Positions 46,587 through 56,404 of a stretch of 64,000 nucleotides of DNA are shown in pieces. The notes beneath the pieces are model-generated. The model worked only from the letters and a program-made list of their open reading frames with translations, was not told the DNA's origin and searched no databases. The position numbers were made by a program, and so were the translations under genes. Source of the stretch: Candidatus Heimdallarchaeota archaeon (GTDB lineage Archaea; Asgardarchaeota; Heimdallarchaeia; Heimdallarchaeales; Heimdallarchaeaceae); the NCBI GenBank assembly GCA_030603365.1, contig JAUVXV010000004.1:64001-128000 (forward strand), read 5' to 3'. The number at the start of each line of letters is the position of its first letter. The first letter of the stretch is position 1.

Positions 46587-47627
46587 ATGTCAGAAACATC
46601 CCACAAGATTCTTTTTCAAAATTCACAAGATATGCAAGGTACTGAGAATGAATCAGTAGATCTTGTTGTTACATCTCCACCATATTGTATGGTTCAGATT
46701 TGGGATGAAGTCTTTTCTGAAATGAATCCAGAAATAAGAAAAGCTCTAGCAGATGAAAATGGTAATTTGGCTTTTGAATTGATGCACCAAGAGTTAGATA
46801 AAGTCTGGAATGAAGCTTATAGAGTACTTAAAACAAATGGCATTGCTTGCATAAATATTGGTGATGCTACAAGAAGTATAGGAAACAATTTCAAGCTTTA
46901 TGCATCTCATTCTCGTATTATCTCTCATTGCTGTAAAATTGGTTTTCAATGTCTTCCATTAATCATTTGGACCAAATTAACTAATGCACCAAACAAATTT
47001 ATGGGTTCAGGAATGCTTCCTCCTGGGGGATATGTTACTCTTGAACATGAGTATATTCTAATTTTAAGAAAGGGTGGAAAGAGAGAATTCAAAACTGAAG
47101 AAGAGAAGAAAGAACGACTTAATAGTTCCTATTTTTGGGAAGAAAGGAATAAATGGTTTTCAGATATATGGGATCTTAAAGGAGTACATCAAGCACTAAA
47201 TGGGGAAAATTTAAGGAAGAGAAGCGCAGCCTTCCCTTTTGAATTGGCTTACAGACTAATAAGCATGTATTCTCTAAAAGGAGACACTGTTTTAGATCCT
47301 TTCCTAGGTACAGGAACAACAATGCTTGCAGCAATGGCTTTAGAAAGAAATAGCATAAATGTAGAAATTGAAGAAAATTTCAAGGAAATAATTGATCAAA
47401 GAGTATTGGAAATCAAGGAACATGCAAATGAATTTAACAACAACAGAATTCAGGACCATATTGATTTTATCAAAGAATATTCTGAAAAATACGAAAAACC
47501 TCCTTATGAAAACGAAAAATATGGTTTTCCAGTAAAAACAAAACAAGAAATAGTTTTCAAACTAAGAGAAATTAGAGATGTTCGAAAATTCGATGACAAT
47601 CAATACAAAGTTATTTACCAAGATTAA
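46587..47627 (+). CDS. Orphan beta-class N4-C/N6-A DNA methyltransferase
   Basis: Motif IV 'VTSPPY' precedes motif I 'VLDPFLGTGTT'; no adjacent endonuclease. Confidence 0.92.
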   Translation: MSETSHKILFQNSQDMQGTENESVDLVVTSPPYCMVQIWDEVFSEMNPEIRKALADENGNLAFELMHQELDKVWNEAYRVLKTNGIACINIGDATRSIGNNFKLYASHSRIISHCCKIGFQCLPLIIWTKLTNAPNKFMGSGMLPPGGYVTLEHEYILILRKGGKREFKTEEEKKERLNSSYFWEERNKWFSDIWDLKGVHQALNGENLRKRSAAFPFELAYRLISMYSLKGDTVLDPFLGTGTTMLAAMALERNSINVEIEENFKEIIDQRVLEIKEHANEFNNNRIQDHIDFIKEYSEKYEKPPYENEKYGFPVKTKQEIVFKLREIRDVRKFDDNQYKVIYQD

Positions 47628-47691
47628 TTTTGTTTGACTTCTTTATATTTATAAGATATCTAAACATAGTAATCAGCAATAGAAGATTGAT

Positions 47692-48555
47692 GTGTTGTAT
47701 TTGAGAATAAAGACAGACGTAGCAGTGATTGTTCCAGAAAAGGATTTAGCTGCACAAACAATTTGGAATCAATTAAAAAACCAATCTCTTGTCAAAGAAA
47801 CAAATGAACGATTTGATGATAATCCAGTATTTTCATATGAAAAGGAACCTAATAAAATAAAATTCATTCATTCAACGAAAGATGGAGTGGAATCCAAACA
47901 TCTAGATTCAAAAATCGAAGCAAAACTCTACATATTTGCAAGCAGACATAGGGCTGCATCTGGAACACCAGCTCTTCTTATACATCCTACAGGAAATTGG
48001 TCGAAAATAACTCTAGCAGGAAGAGAGTCTGAACTTTCCTATACTTCTAGCTGGGCATTAAAGTATGGCTTAATGAAACTAAAAGAGAAGAAAGAACTTC
48101 ATAATCTAGAAGAGTTTAAAGTAGATTTAGAAATAACTCATCATGGTCCTACTGAACTGATGACACCTTTAATTTTCATGGAACTAGGAAGCAGTGAAGA
48201 ATTTTGGAAACATGAAAAAGGAGCAACAGCTGTGGGGGAAGCAATCATAGAAACAGCTGAAGGATTTATACGTCAAAACAATTTCTCAGGTCAAAGCTAT
48301 CTTGGGTTTGGTGGAAATCATTACGCGTATAGATTTCACAAACATCTAATGGAAAATAATGATGTTTTTATTGGTCATATAGCTCCAAAACATACCTTGG
48401 ATGATGTTACATTAGAAATTGTTCAAGAAGCATTTAACAAAACAATTGAAAAACCAGTAGGGGCTTTTGTAGATAAAAAGGGGGCAAGATCTGAGCAAAG
48501 GAAGAAGATAATTGAAATAGTAGAAGAATTGGGAAAAGAATGCATAATCCTCTAA
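47692..48555 (+). CDS. dtdA: D-aminoacyl-tRNA deacylase (archaeal DtdA/GEK1)
   Basis: 'FASRH', 'HPTGN', 'EITHHGP', 'ELGS', 'GFGGNHY'. Confidence 0.93.
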   Translation: MLYLRIKTDVAVIVPEKDLAAQTIWNQLKNQSLVKETNERFDDNPVFSYEKEPNKIKFIHSTKDGVESKHLDSKIEAKLYIFASRHRAASGTPALLIHPTGNWSKITLAGRESELSYTSSWALKYGLMKLKEKKELHNLEEFKVDLEITHHGPTELMTPLIFMELGSSEEFWKHEKGATAVGEAIIETAEGFIRQNNFSGQSYLGFGGNHYAYRFHKHLMENNDVFIGHIAPKHTLDDVTLEIVQEAFNKTIEKPVGAFVDKKGARSEQRKKIIEIVEELGKECIIL

Positions 48556-48582
48556 TCAGTTAAGATAAGATTCTAACAATAC

Positions 48583-49671
48583 TTAATATTCCTGATAGAA
48601 TTCTTCAAACTCTTTAAGTTCATCTTTCAATCTGTTTAATTCTTCTGAATCTTCAGCACTAGGTTCTTCTTCTTCAAAAATATCAAAAGTCTTTAAGTTT
48701 AGATTTTTTCTAGCTTTCTGTTCTAGTTTGTTTATTCTTGTTCTTGTTGCAAAGAATTTCAGAAATTTAAATTTAAGCTTAGAGGATTTCTTTTCCCATT
48801 CTTCTGCAAAATTTCCACTTTCAATATTTTGTAGAATTTCACTCATTTTCTCTTTCAGAGGTAAGTTTCGAAACTTGATTCCTCTACTCATTGCACCATA
48901 TTGACTGGTATGGGAGTGAAGATTAACTTGTTTTACAAGACCTATTTTAGCCATCTTATGGTAGGTATAGCTCATCTCTTCAGACATAAACATTTCAATT
49001 AATACTGCTTCAAGCGGATATCCTGCATCAACTAATGTAAATATGCTAGTTAACAAAACTCGACCAAACGCGGGACCAAATGCTTGTTCATTAAAGAGAT
49101 CAAGCACTGCTTCTTGTTTAAAGTTTACATCAATTGCACCTTTTTTCAACGTGCCAATTGCTTTACAAAGGGCAAGAAGCTTTTCTTTAGCCTTGCCTGA
49201 CGCATCATTTTCAACATGAACAAAACTATAGAATCCTTCATTTGTAAGAAACCTTGCTCGAACACCTGCGCCAATCATTCTTGGTGCAATCATAAGAATA
49301 TCATGACTTTTAGAATCTTCAATTATATTAAAAGCAATATTATAACCACTAGCAAAGACTATTGCACCTTTCTTCTTTAGATTAGGCTTAATGTCGTTTT
49401 CATATGTGTCTTTCATAATTTCATCCGGAATTAGAAGAAAGAGAATGTCACAAAGACTAGTAGCTTTATCGATCGAATAAGCTTCAAATCCGTCCTTCTC
49501 TGCACGTTTCTTGTAATTGTCACTACGATTGCCAATAATAACTTTAAGTCCAGAATCTCTCATATTAAGAGCTTGGGCTCTTCCCTGGTTCCCATAACCA
49601 ATTACAGCAACTGTACCATCTCTTATAATATCTAGATTCCCATCCTTTTCAGTAAAGATGTTTTTATCCAT
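48583..49671 (-). CDS. ilvC: Ketol-acid reductoisomerase family protein
   Basis: 'IGYGNQGRAQALNMRDSG', 'LIPDE', 'APR', 'DLFNEQ', 'SHTSQYG'. Confidence 0.85.
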   Translation of the reverse strand: MDKNIFTEKDGNLDIIRDGTVAVIGYGNQGRAQALNMRDSGLKVIIGNRSDNYKKRAEKDGFEAYSIDKATSLCDILFLLIPDEIMKDTYENDIKPNLKKKGAIVFASGYNIAFNIIEDSKSHDILMIAPRMIGAGVRARFLTNEGFYSFVHVENDASGKAKEKLLALCKAIGTLKKGAIDVNFKQEAVLDLFNEQAFGPAFGRVLLTSIFTLVDAGYPLEAVLIEMFMSEEMSYTYHKMAKIGLVKQVNLHSHTSQYGAMSRGIKFRNLPLKEKMSEILQNIESGNFAEEWEKKSSKLKFKFLKFFATRTRINKLEQKARKNLNLKTFDIFEEEEPSAEDSEELNRLKDELKEFEEFYQEY

Positions 49672-49754
49672 GTTTAAAAGAAGAATTAACCTAATAAAAT
49701 TATTATGGTAATAAATGTTAAAAGTTAGTAAAGGGCTTTTTTTAGGTTTATATA

Positions 49755-50669
49755 TTGTGTTTAAGAGATAAATCTGATAGTATGAATACTGCAGAGAAGG
49801 AGGAAAAAAATAATTCTAAGTTAAAAGGAAAAGTAGTAGTCATTACAGGTGCTTCTTCAGGAATAGGGAAAGCTGTTGCATTATCTTTAGCTAAACACCA
49901 ACCAAAACTGGTCATTTTTGCAAGAAGAGAAAAAAAACTAATGCAAATAGCTAGAACTCTGAAGGAGCAAGGTATTAAACTTTTACCAATTGTAGGAGAT
50001 ATTAGAAACAGAGATGATAGGGAAAAATTAATTGATTCTACATTAAAAGTATTTGGGTCAATTGATGTTCTAATAAACAACGCAGGGTTAGGAAAAGCTA
50101 ACCTTTTCCTAGAACAACCCGAAGAGGAAATTGATGAACTAATTGAAACGAATTTCTTGTCCTTAGTTAAACTTACACAAAAAACTGTACAGATAATGAA
50201 GGAACAACAAAGTGGACACATAGTCAATTTATCTACATCTTTAGTTATGTTACCAGCCTATCCTTTTGCAGTCTATAATTCTACAAAATCTGCGATAATG
50301 ACTTTTGGAGATTCAATAAGAAAAGAGATGAAGGATTATGGGATTTCAGTATCCACGGTATTTCCAGGTCCTTATAATACCAATTTCCATGAAGTTGCAC
50401 ACTGTGGTATAGACAAATTCAAGGTTTATGATGTAACCAAATTAGCCAATAAAATTGTAAAATTACTCCTAAAACCAAAAGACAATCTGATACAACCCTG
50501 GTTCTTTTCGGTATATTCTTGTCTTTCTAAGAGATCTAATAGGTTTAGAAAGAAGGTTTCAATTGAAATAGGTGATTCCATATTAAGAGCAAAAAAACTA
50601 GCAGAGAACGAACTCAAGATAGAAAAAGAACAAATAAAAAGAGAAAAGGTACAAATCATAGCTCAGTAA
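49755..50669 (+). CDS. Classical SDR oxidoreductase; start probably 49782
   Basis: 'TGASSGIG', 'NNAG', 'YNSTK'. Confidence 0.92.
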   Translation: MCLRDKSDSMNTAEKEEKNNSKLKGKVVVITGASSGIGKAVALSLAKHQPKLVIFARREKKLMQIARTLKEQGIKLLPIVGDIRNRDDREKLIDSTLKVFGSIDVLINNAGLGKANLFLEQPEEEIDELIETNFLSLVKLTQKTVQIMKEQQSGHIVNLSTSLVMLPAYPFAVYNSTKSAIMTFGDSIRKEMKDYGISVSTVFPGPYNTNFHEVAHCGIDKFKVYDVTKLANKIVKLLLKPKDNLIQPWFFSVYSCLSKRSNRFRKKVSIEIGDSILRAKKLAENELKIEKEQIKREKVQIIAQ

Positions 50670-50740
50670 AAATGGGATTAACAACAAAATACCTAATCTA
50701 AGTTCTTTTTTTCTTGTTTTAATAGTGTTAAGAATAAATA

Positions 50741-50800
50741 GAAGCTAGCCTGAATTTTGAAGAATTATGTTGGATTTGGAGAAGCTAGCTTCAGAAAATA
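50741..50800 (+). repeat. GAAGCTAGC-bounded intergenic element, copy A
   Basis: GAAGCTAGCC-N30-GAAGCTAGCTTCAGAAAATAA; ends match the copy at 60871-60958 (minus strand). Confidence 0.5.
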
Positions 50801-50837
50801 ATATTGATTACCATTTAAAAACACAAAAATTTGCGTT

Positions 50838-51011
50838 TTATCCAAACAAATTATCAATTGAGGTTGTAGACCAATCAATTAAACTGAAAATCACTCCAAA
50901 GATTACGGCAAAAATAAGAATAGCGATACCAATAAGAAGAATTTCCTCTAGTATTGGACTTCCTCTTTTCTTTACCAACTTTAGATTCTTTAGATACTGG
51001 AATATGAACAT
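50838..51011 (-). CDS. Small Flp-like pilin with class III signal peptide (57 aa; not in the ORF track)
   Basis: MFIFQYLKNLKLVKKRG|SPILEEILLIGIAILIFAVIFGVIFSLIDWSTTSIDNLFG: basic leader, Gly at -1, Glu at +5, hydrophobic helix. Confidence 0.7.
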   Translation of the reverse strand: MFIFQYLKNLKLVKKRGSPILEEILLIGIAILIFAVIFGVIFSLIDWSTTSIDNLFG

Positions 51012-51165
51012 TGTATTCAGTTCTTGTACTAAAAGACTCTATTTAAACTCAACAAAATCTTAGAAATGAAAGGACAAAGTTTGAACAAGTTTCATAACGT
51101 GCGTAAAGAACTTTCGTGAATTTAAGTGATTAAAAAAAAATTAGAATTTAAGCAATCCCAATGTA

Positions 51166-51792
51166 TTAAGTTGTTTTTCTTGTGGATAGTTTCAGAAGCA
51201 CTACACATGCTATACTACAGATTAAAGAAGAATAAAAACTAGTTCGAAATCCCCAGCTTCCGTCTACTACTGCTACTGTAGCTACAATCGCAAGAATAAT
51301 ACCAGAGATAACTGTTATACCAAGTGTAACAAGGCTTACGATGAATCCTTTTTTTACCATTTTCGGCATTGTTTCAATTGTTCCTCTAAGAGCTTGAACT
51401 GCTGTGAAACCCACACCAAGAAAACCTAAACACATCAAGATTATCGCTATTTGAGGAGCTGGAGCGTATTCAGGAGAAGAGATAGTAATAAATCCTTCAT
51501 CCCAGTATATCCCATAAGTGTACCACAAATACGAATCAAACCAATACCATTCAGCTAAAGGCGTTGCAAGTAGAAGAATTACCGAAAGAGCGCTTAAGCC
51601 GATAGTGCTGATGAAGAAGTATTTCTGATATTTCACATCTGAAGGAGGAACTGATTTATGTTGAGCGGGAGTTGATGATTCTAGCTTTTGAGTAAGATTT
51701 TTCATAATTTCCTTACCACAAGAAACACAAAAATTGGATGCTCCTTCTTGTTTTGCACCACAATGTTGACATATAACTGCATTTTGTGACAT
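51166..51792 (-). CDS. Zinc-ribbon domain membrane protein (4 TM)
   Basis: 'CQHCG......NFCVSCG' followed by four hydrophobic segments. Confidence 0.75.
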   Translation of the reverse strand: MSQNAVICQHCGAKQEGASNFCVSCGKEIMKNLTQKLESSTPAQHKSVPPSDVKYQKYFFISTIGLSALSVILLLATPLAEWYWFDSYLWYTYGIYWDEGFITISSPEYAPAPQIAIILMCLGFLGVGFTAVQALRGTIETMPKMVKKGFIVSLVTLGITVISGIILAIVATVAVVDGSWGFRTSFYSSLICSIACVVLLKLSTRKTT

Positions 51793-51860
51793 AGACCAAT
51801 TTTGTTGTTTACATATTTATACTTTTGTAGAAATTGAAAAAAAAGAAAGATTGTGGGTAA

Positions 51861-52799
51861 TCAGCCCATTAAATTCTTTAGAACAGCCATCACTGTATGT
51901 AATCTGTTTTCTGCTTCATCAAACACAATGCTATGTTCGCTTTCAAAAACCTCTTCTGTAGCTTCTTTATGTTTGTAAGGTAAGCAATGCATGAAAACAT
52001 AATCAGATTTTGCATTAGAACAAAGTTCTTCAGTAATTATATAATCCTTGAAAGCTGCTAATTTGGCTTTTTCTTGATCTTCTTCACCCATAGAGATAAA
52101 AGTGTCAGTTACAACAATGTCAGCATCTGTAACAGCTGATACAGAATTATTAGTAATAACAATCTTTGCTCCTGTTTCTTCTGCAAATTCTTCTGCAAGT
52201 GCAACGATGTCGCTAGATGGTTCATAACCCTTAGGTGTAGCAACAGACATATCCATACCCATCTTAGCACATCCAATCAATAATGAATTACAGACATTGT
52301 TTCCATCACCAACCCAGGTTAGTTTTAATCCTGCAAGCCGACCTTTATGTTCTTCAATAGTTAGTAAATCAGCTAGAATTTGTAGTGGATGATATTTGTC
52401 AGATAACGCATTGATTATGGGAATCTTAGAATATTTTACTAGTTCCTCAACATCTTCATGGGCATAGACTCTGGCTAAGACACCATCAACCATTCGAGAA
52501 AGGACGCGGGAAGTATCTTTGATTGTTTCTCCACTACCTAGTTGGATATCTGCAGAACTTAGAAACAGAGCATGACCACCTAAGTAATACATTGCTACCT
52601 CAGTTGAGACACGAGTACGAGTTGATCGTTTTTGGAAAATCATTCCAAGTGTTAATCCCTCAAGAGGTAATTCAGTTCTGTTAAAAGCTTTGAATTTAGC
52701 TTTCAAGCGTTTAGATTCGTCAAGAAGAAAACGTATTTCTTCTGCTGTATAATCTACCAAGGATAAAAGTGATCTACCTTTTAAATCCATTTTACTCAC
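51861..52799 (-). CDS. argF: Ornithine carbamoyltransferase
   Basis: 'STRTR', 'HPLQ', 'GDGNNV', 'SMG', 'HCLP', 'AENR'. Confidence 0.96.
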   Translation of the reverse strand: MSKMDLKGRSLLSLVDYTAEEIRFLLDESKRLKAKFKAFNRTELPLEGLTLGMIFQKRSTRTRVSTEVAMYYLGGHALFLSSADIQLGSGETIKDTSRVLSRMVDGVLARVYAHEDVEELVKYSKIPIINALSDKYHPLQILADLLTIEEHKGRLAGLKLTWVGDGNNVCNSLLIGCAKMGMDMSVATPKGYEPSSDIVALAEEFAEETGAKIVITNNSVSAVTDADIVVTDTFISMGEEDQEKAKLAAFKDYIITEELCSNAKSDYVFMHCLPYKHKEATEEVFESEHSIVFDEAENRLHTVMAVLKNLMG

Positions 52800-52969
52800 T
52801 GGGTCAAAGGAATAAAGAAAATATAAAAAATGTTCGATATGACTTGCTGCTTCCTCTTTCTCTCTTTCTGATTCATTACAACATAAGAATAGATAAAGAA
52901 ATTAATAACTTCTCAATCGAAAAAAAAGTTGATATTACATAGAATTCTTAAATTAGTAAAAATAAGGTA

Positions 52970-53374
52970 TTGTTGAGAAAAATGGTTGATTATAAACGAT
53001 TTATTATTTCAATTGTGACAGGTGCAGTTCTTGGAGTAGCCTGTATTATAGGTGTAGGACTAAGAGTTCCTGGAGGGTATGCAGACAATATAGGGTATCT
53101 GATAGGAATATGGGCAATGAGAGTTGTTCTAGGTATCATAATAGGTTTAGCTGGAGGAATCATTCTTATCAAAGGTGAAGGATGGGAAAAATGGGTAAAT
53201 GCCGGATTAAGAGGAACATTATTTGGTATAATAGTATCAGCAGCAGTACTACTAATGGATCAATATGTTGGCTATTCTACATTTGTAGCAGGAATAGCAT
53301 ATGGAACTATAATAGATTTAGTGGCTACATTCTTCACAAAGAAAAAGAAAGAAGAAAAAATAGAAAAAGATTAG
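52970..53374 (+). CDS. Small 4-TM membrane protein
   Basis: Gly-rich hydrophobic helices and a Lys/Glu tail. Confidence 0.7.
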   Translation: MLRKMVDYKRFIISIVTGAVLGVACIIGVGLRVPGGYADNIGYLIGIWAMRVVLGIIIGLAGGIILIKGEGWEKWVNAGLRGTLFGIIVSAAVLLMDQYVGYSTFVAGIAYGTIIDLVATFFTKKKKEEKIEKD

Positions 53375-53406
53375 AAATCCATTGTATTCTTTCTGAAAAA
53401 TGAGAG

Positions 53407-54471
53407 TTAGATGGGTGTTCCTTTCCACCAATTCCTCTTCTTTAGAAATTTGGCGAGATAAACCAAACCAACCATAATTGGTATCTCCCAGAATAAGCCC
53501 ATTGTTGTACCTAATGCTGCTACTGAACCAGTTCCATATATGGCAATAGCAGTTGCAATAGCAATTTCAAAATGACTAGATGATCCAATAATTACAGTAA
53601 TTACACCTTCTTTGTAAGCTAAATTTGTGAATCTTGTAATCAATAAATTATAACCTACTACGATAAGAAAACCCAATAAAAGTGGTACCGATACTAGTAA
53701 GAGCAGATTAAAATTAGTTATCATCACATTTCCATTCAATGAAAACAGTACAATAAGAGTTGTCAACAAAGCTAGTATTGATATTTTACCAACAATTGGG
53801 ATGTATTTACTCTTAAACCATTCTTCACCTTTTGCTCTTATAATTAGTGTTTTACTTATTACACCTAATATAAGTGGAATTCCAATAAAAACTGCTACTG
53901 AAATTATGAGTGATATAATATCTATGGAGATATTAGAAATTCCAGATAGTAATACAACCATAGGGGCATATCCAATAATAATAGTAACAGTATTGAGACT
54001 TGTAGTGATCACATTTTGTTCTTGATTTCCATCAGCTAAATAACCCCAAATCAGAACCATAGCTGTGCAAGGACTAGAGGCTAAGAGAATTATTGCAAAC
54101 ATTAATTGTTCATTTCCAGGAAGGAATAATCGAGCAAGTCCCCATCCTACAAAAGGTGCTATTATCCAATTTGATATTAAAGTTAGAATAATTGGTTTAG
54201 GATTTTTTGCTAATTTCTTTAATTCTGAAGCTTTAAGGTTCAGCATTGCAGGATACATCATAAAAAAAAGACATATTCCAATTGGTATTGATATCCCCCT
54301 AACTTGCCAATTATCAATCGTTTCAGCAATACTTGGTGCATAGAGTGAAAGTAAGATACCTACACCCATACAGATTACAATCCAAATAGGTAATAATTTT
54401 TCAAATAAACTAAGCCCTTCTTTCGTTTTAGTGACATCCTCAATTTGACTTGTTTCGACAGTACCACCCAA
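53407..54471 (-). CDS. acr3: ACR3-family arsenite efflux transporter
   Basis: 'MMYP', 'SNWIIAPF', 'SPCTAMVLIW', 'SSHFEIAIA'; divergent from arsR. Confidence 0.93.
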   Translation of the reverse strand: MGGTVETSQIEDVTKTKEGLSLFEKLLPIWIVICMGVGILLSLYAPSIAETIDNWQVRGISIPIGICLFFMMYPAMLNLKASELKKLAKNPKPIILTLISNWIIAPFVGWGLARLFLPGNEQLMFAIILLASSPCTAMVLIWGYLADGNQEQNVITTSLNTVTIIIGYAPMVVLLSGISNISIDIISLIISVAVFIGIPLILGVISKTLIIRAKGEEWFKSKYIPIVGKISILALLTTLIVLFSLNGNVMITNFNLLLLVSVPLLLGFLIVVGYNLLITRFTNLAYKEGVITVIIGSSSHFEIAIATAIAIYGTGSVAALGTTMGLFWEIPIMVGLVYLAKFLKKRNWWKGTPI

Positions 54472-54501
54472 TTCTTTTCACAACCGAAAAATTTATTACA
54501 T

Positions 54502-54537
54502 ATCAAAAATATCTGTTTCATATAAATAATTTTTGAT
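54502..54537. promoter_or_regulatory. Candidate ArsR operator pair
   Basis: ATCAA-N6-CTGTT and ATAAA-N6-TTGAT resemble the ArsR/SmtB ATCAA-N6-TTGAT box; they lie between divergent acr3 and arsR. Confidence 0.5.
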
Positions 54538-54580
54538 GTATAATTAATTATAAATAATTTATAAATATAGTTAGAGCAAT

Positions 54581-55012
54581 GTGAAATGTATGGACTATAA
54601 TAAAAAAGAAGTGGAAATAATCAAAACACTAGCAAAATGTGAAGATATTGAAGATGCAGAAGTACATTATAATAAATTAACAGAATACAGAAAGAAAATA
54701 CTAGATGAATCAAACCTAGCAAACTTATCAAAGTTCTTGGAAGCTTTTTCTCATGTTGATAGAGTTTTAATTCTTAGAATCTTAATGGAAAAGGATCGAT
54801 GTGTATGTGAATTAGAGGTAATATTAGGAAAAAGTCAATCCAATATATCCTATCACCTTAGAATTCTTGAAAATCTAAATTTGATTAAAGGTTGGAAAAA
54901 GGGTAAATTTACACATTATTCTGTTGTTCAAAAATCCTTAGAATACCTTAGAGATTTATTTAACAATTGGATTAATGATGACATTATCAAAGTTAATCCA
55001 AATCTACTTTAG
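54581..55012 (+). CDS. arsR: ArsR/SmtB family regulator
   Basis: 'RCVCEL', 'SQSNISYHLRILE', 'KKGKFTHYS'. Confidence 0.92.
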   Translation: MKCMDYNKKEVEIIKTLAKCEDIEDAEVHYNKLTEYRKKILDESNLANLSKFLEAFSHVDRVLILRILMEKDRCVCELEVILGKSQSNISYHLRILENLNLIKGWKKGKFTHYSVVQKSLEYLRDLFNNWINDDIIKVNPNLL

Positions 55013-55103
55013 ATTATTCTAAAACTGAAATAGTTTATTTATCCACTATTTCAAATAGAATAAGAATAGAAGAGAAAAAGAAAGTAGAAATAATAGAAAA
55101 AGA

Positions 55104-56309
55104 TTAGAAGAAGGTTGGTTCACCTTCAAAAACTCTTTTTGGAGGTTCCATCTTCATGGTTTCTTCAGCAGACAATATCTCAATTAGTTCATAATTGGAT
55201 ATACCCAGACCCATCTTCTCAGCGAAAACAACTGTTTCATATGGATCTTTATACGGACCATGGACACGTGTGAAAGGATGTAAATCTTCGTCTGGATTAA
55301 GGTTAACATGTTTAAAGTAAGGGGGAATGTTCTTTTCAATTAGACCCTCTTTCTTAATGAGATCGAGTGTTGCGGTTTCAACAGCAACTATGTCTTTGCT
55401 TCCAACAACGCCAATATCATTAACAACTGGAGGTTGGCCTAGACCCATACAATCGCAATAAACCGTGATTTGATTTAGAAAATTTATATACATCACTTTA
55501 GCTGGATTAAAGGTTTCTAGAACTTTTTGTGTTGCTATTGCCATCATTTCGTTAAACGCTGTATAACTTTCTCGAGGTAATTTTACTGCACCTAATCCTC
55601 CATCAACCTGCAAGCAGGTCATACATTGGTGACAATCATGATAATTTCTTCTTAGATTATTTTTCTCTTCGTCATAGCTTAACGCACCATATGGACATGA
55701 TTCTACAAGTTTTTTAGCAAGTTCAGGATTACCCTTAGCTTTATCCCAGTATTTATCAACGCTTGAAGCTCCATGGATTTTTCTCCATCGAGTAGGACCC
55801 GAGTAACCACCTAGAGCTAGGTTTTTGATTGCTCCTCCATAGCCGCAAGCTCCATGTCCTTTAGCATGAGAAACATCTACAAGAACATCTGCGTCTTTTA
55901 GTGCTCCTGCTAATTCTAGATTATCTATCCCTCTATAATTAACTTCAACTGTTGTTGTGTAACCATCTTTTACTCCTGCAATAGGAATGATAGGACACCC
56001 ACAAGTTTCTTGAGTATAACCTCTATTTACGGCATTGTAAACTGAGGTGGGATTGTCGGTAACAAAAGGAAAGCCTCCTCTTTTCTTAATAGCTTCAACA
56101 ATTCTGCGAATAAAGAATACAGGTATTGTTTGGTAACCATCATTGAAGCCTAGATGCATTTTAACAGCTACTTTATCCTTCTTTTCAATAGGAGTTTCAT
56201 CTAACAATAATTCGGTAATTTTGTCTACTTTTGCAGAAAAAGAAGCAAAAGCTGAATTTCTACCATGTTGGACAGAACCAAAGTAAACTTTAGCTTTTTC
56301 TGTAGTCAT
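55104..56309 (-). CDS. DUF362 Fe-S protein
   Basis: 'VAVKMHLG', 'SHAKGHGACGYGGAIKNLALG', 'CHQCMTC', 'YCDC', 'SKDIVAVE'; start placed at MTTEK. Confidence 0.82.
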   Translation of the reverse strand: MTTEKAKVYFGSVQHGRNSAFASFSAKVDKITELLLDETPIEKKDKVAVKMHLGFNDGYQTIPVFFIRRIVEAIKKRGGFPFVTDNPTSVYNAVNRGYTQETCGCPIIPIAGVKDGYTTTVEVNYRGIDNLELAGALKDADVLVDVSHAKGHGACGYGGAIKNLALGGYSGPTRWRKIHGASSVDKYWDKAKGNPELAKKLVESCPYGALSYDEEKNNLRRNYHDCHQCMTCLQVDGGLGAVKLPRESYTAFNEMMAIATQKVLETFNPAKVMYINFLNQITVYCDCMGLGQPPVVNDIGVVGSKDIVAVETATLDLIKKEGLIEKNIPPYFKHVNLNPDEDLHPFTRVHGPYKDPYETVVFAEKMGLGISNYELIEILSAEETMKMEPPKRVFEGEPTFF

Positions 56310-56404
56310 ATTTTGCGTAAACTTTGAGTTATTAATAAAGGATTTGGATAAAGATTTTACTTGAACGAATACTATTTTAATATAATCTGACTTGATATTA
56401 TAGT

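Noticed and set aside
50767-51063. 98-aa plus-strand ORF in the track
   Set aside because: It lies antisense to the more convincing pilin ORF and has no recognisable features.
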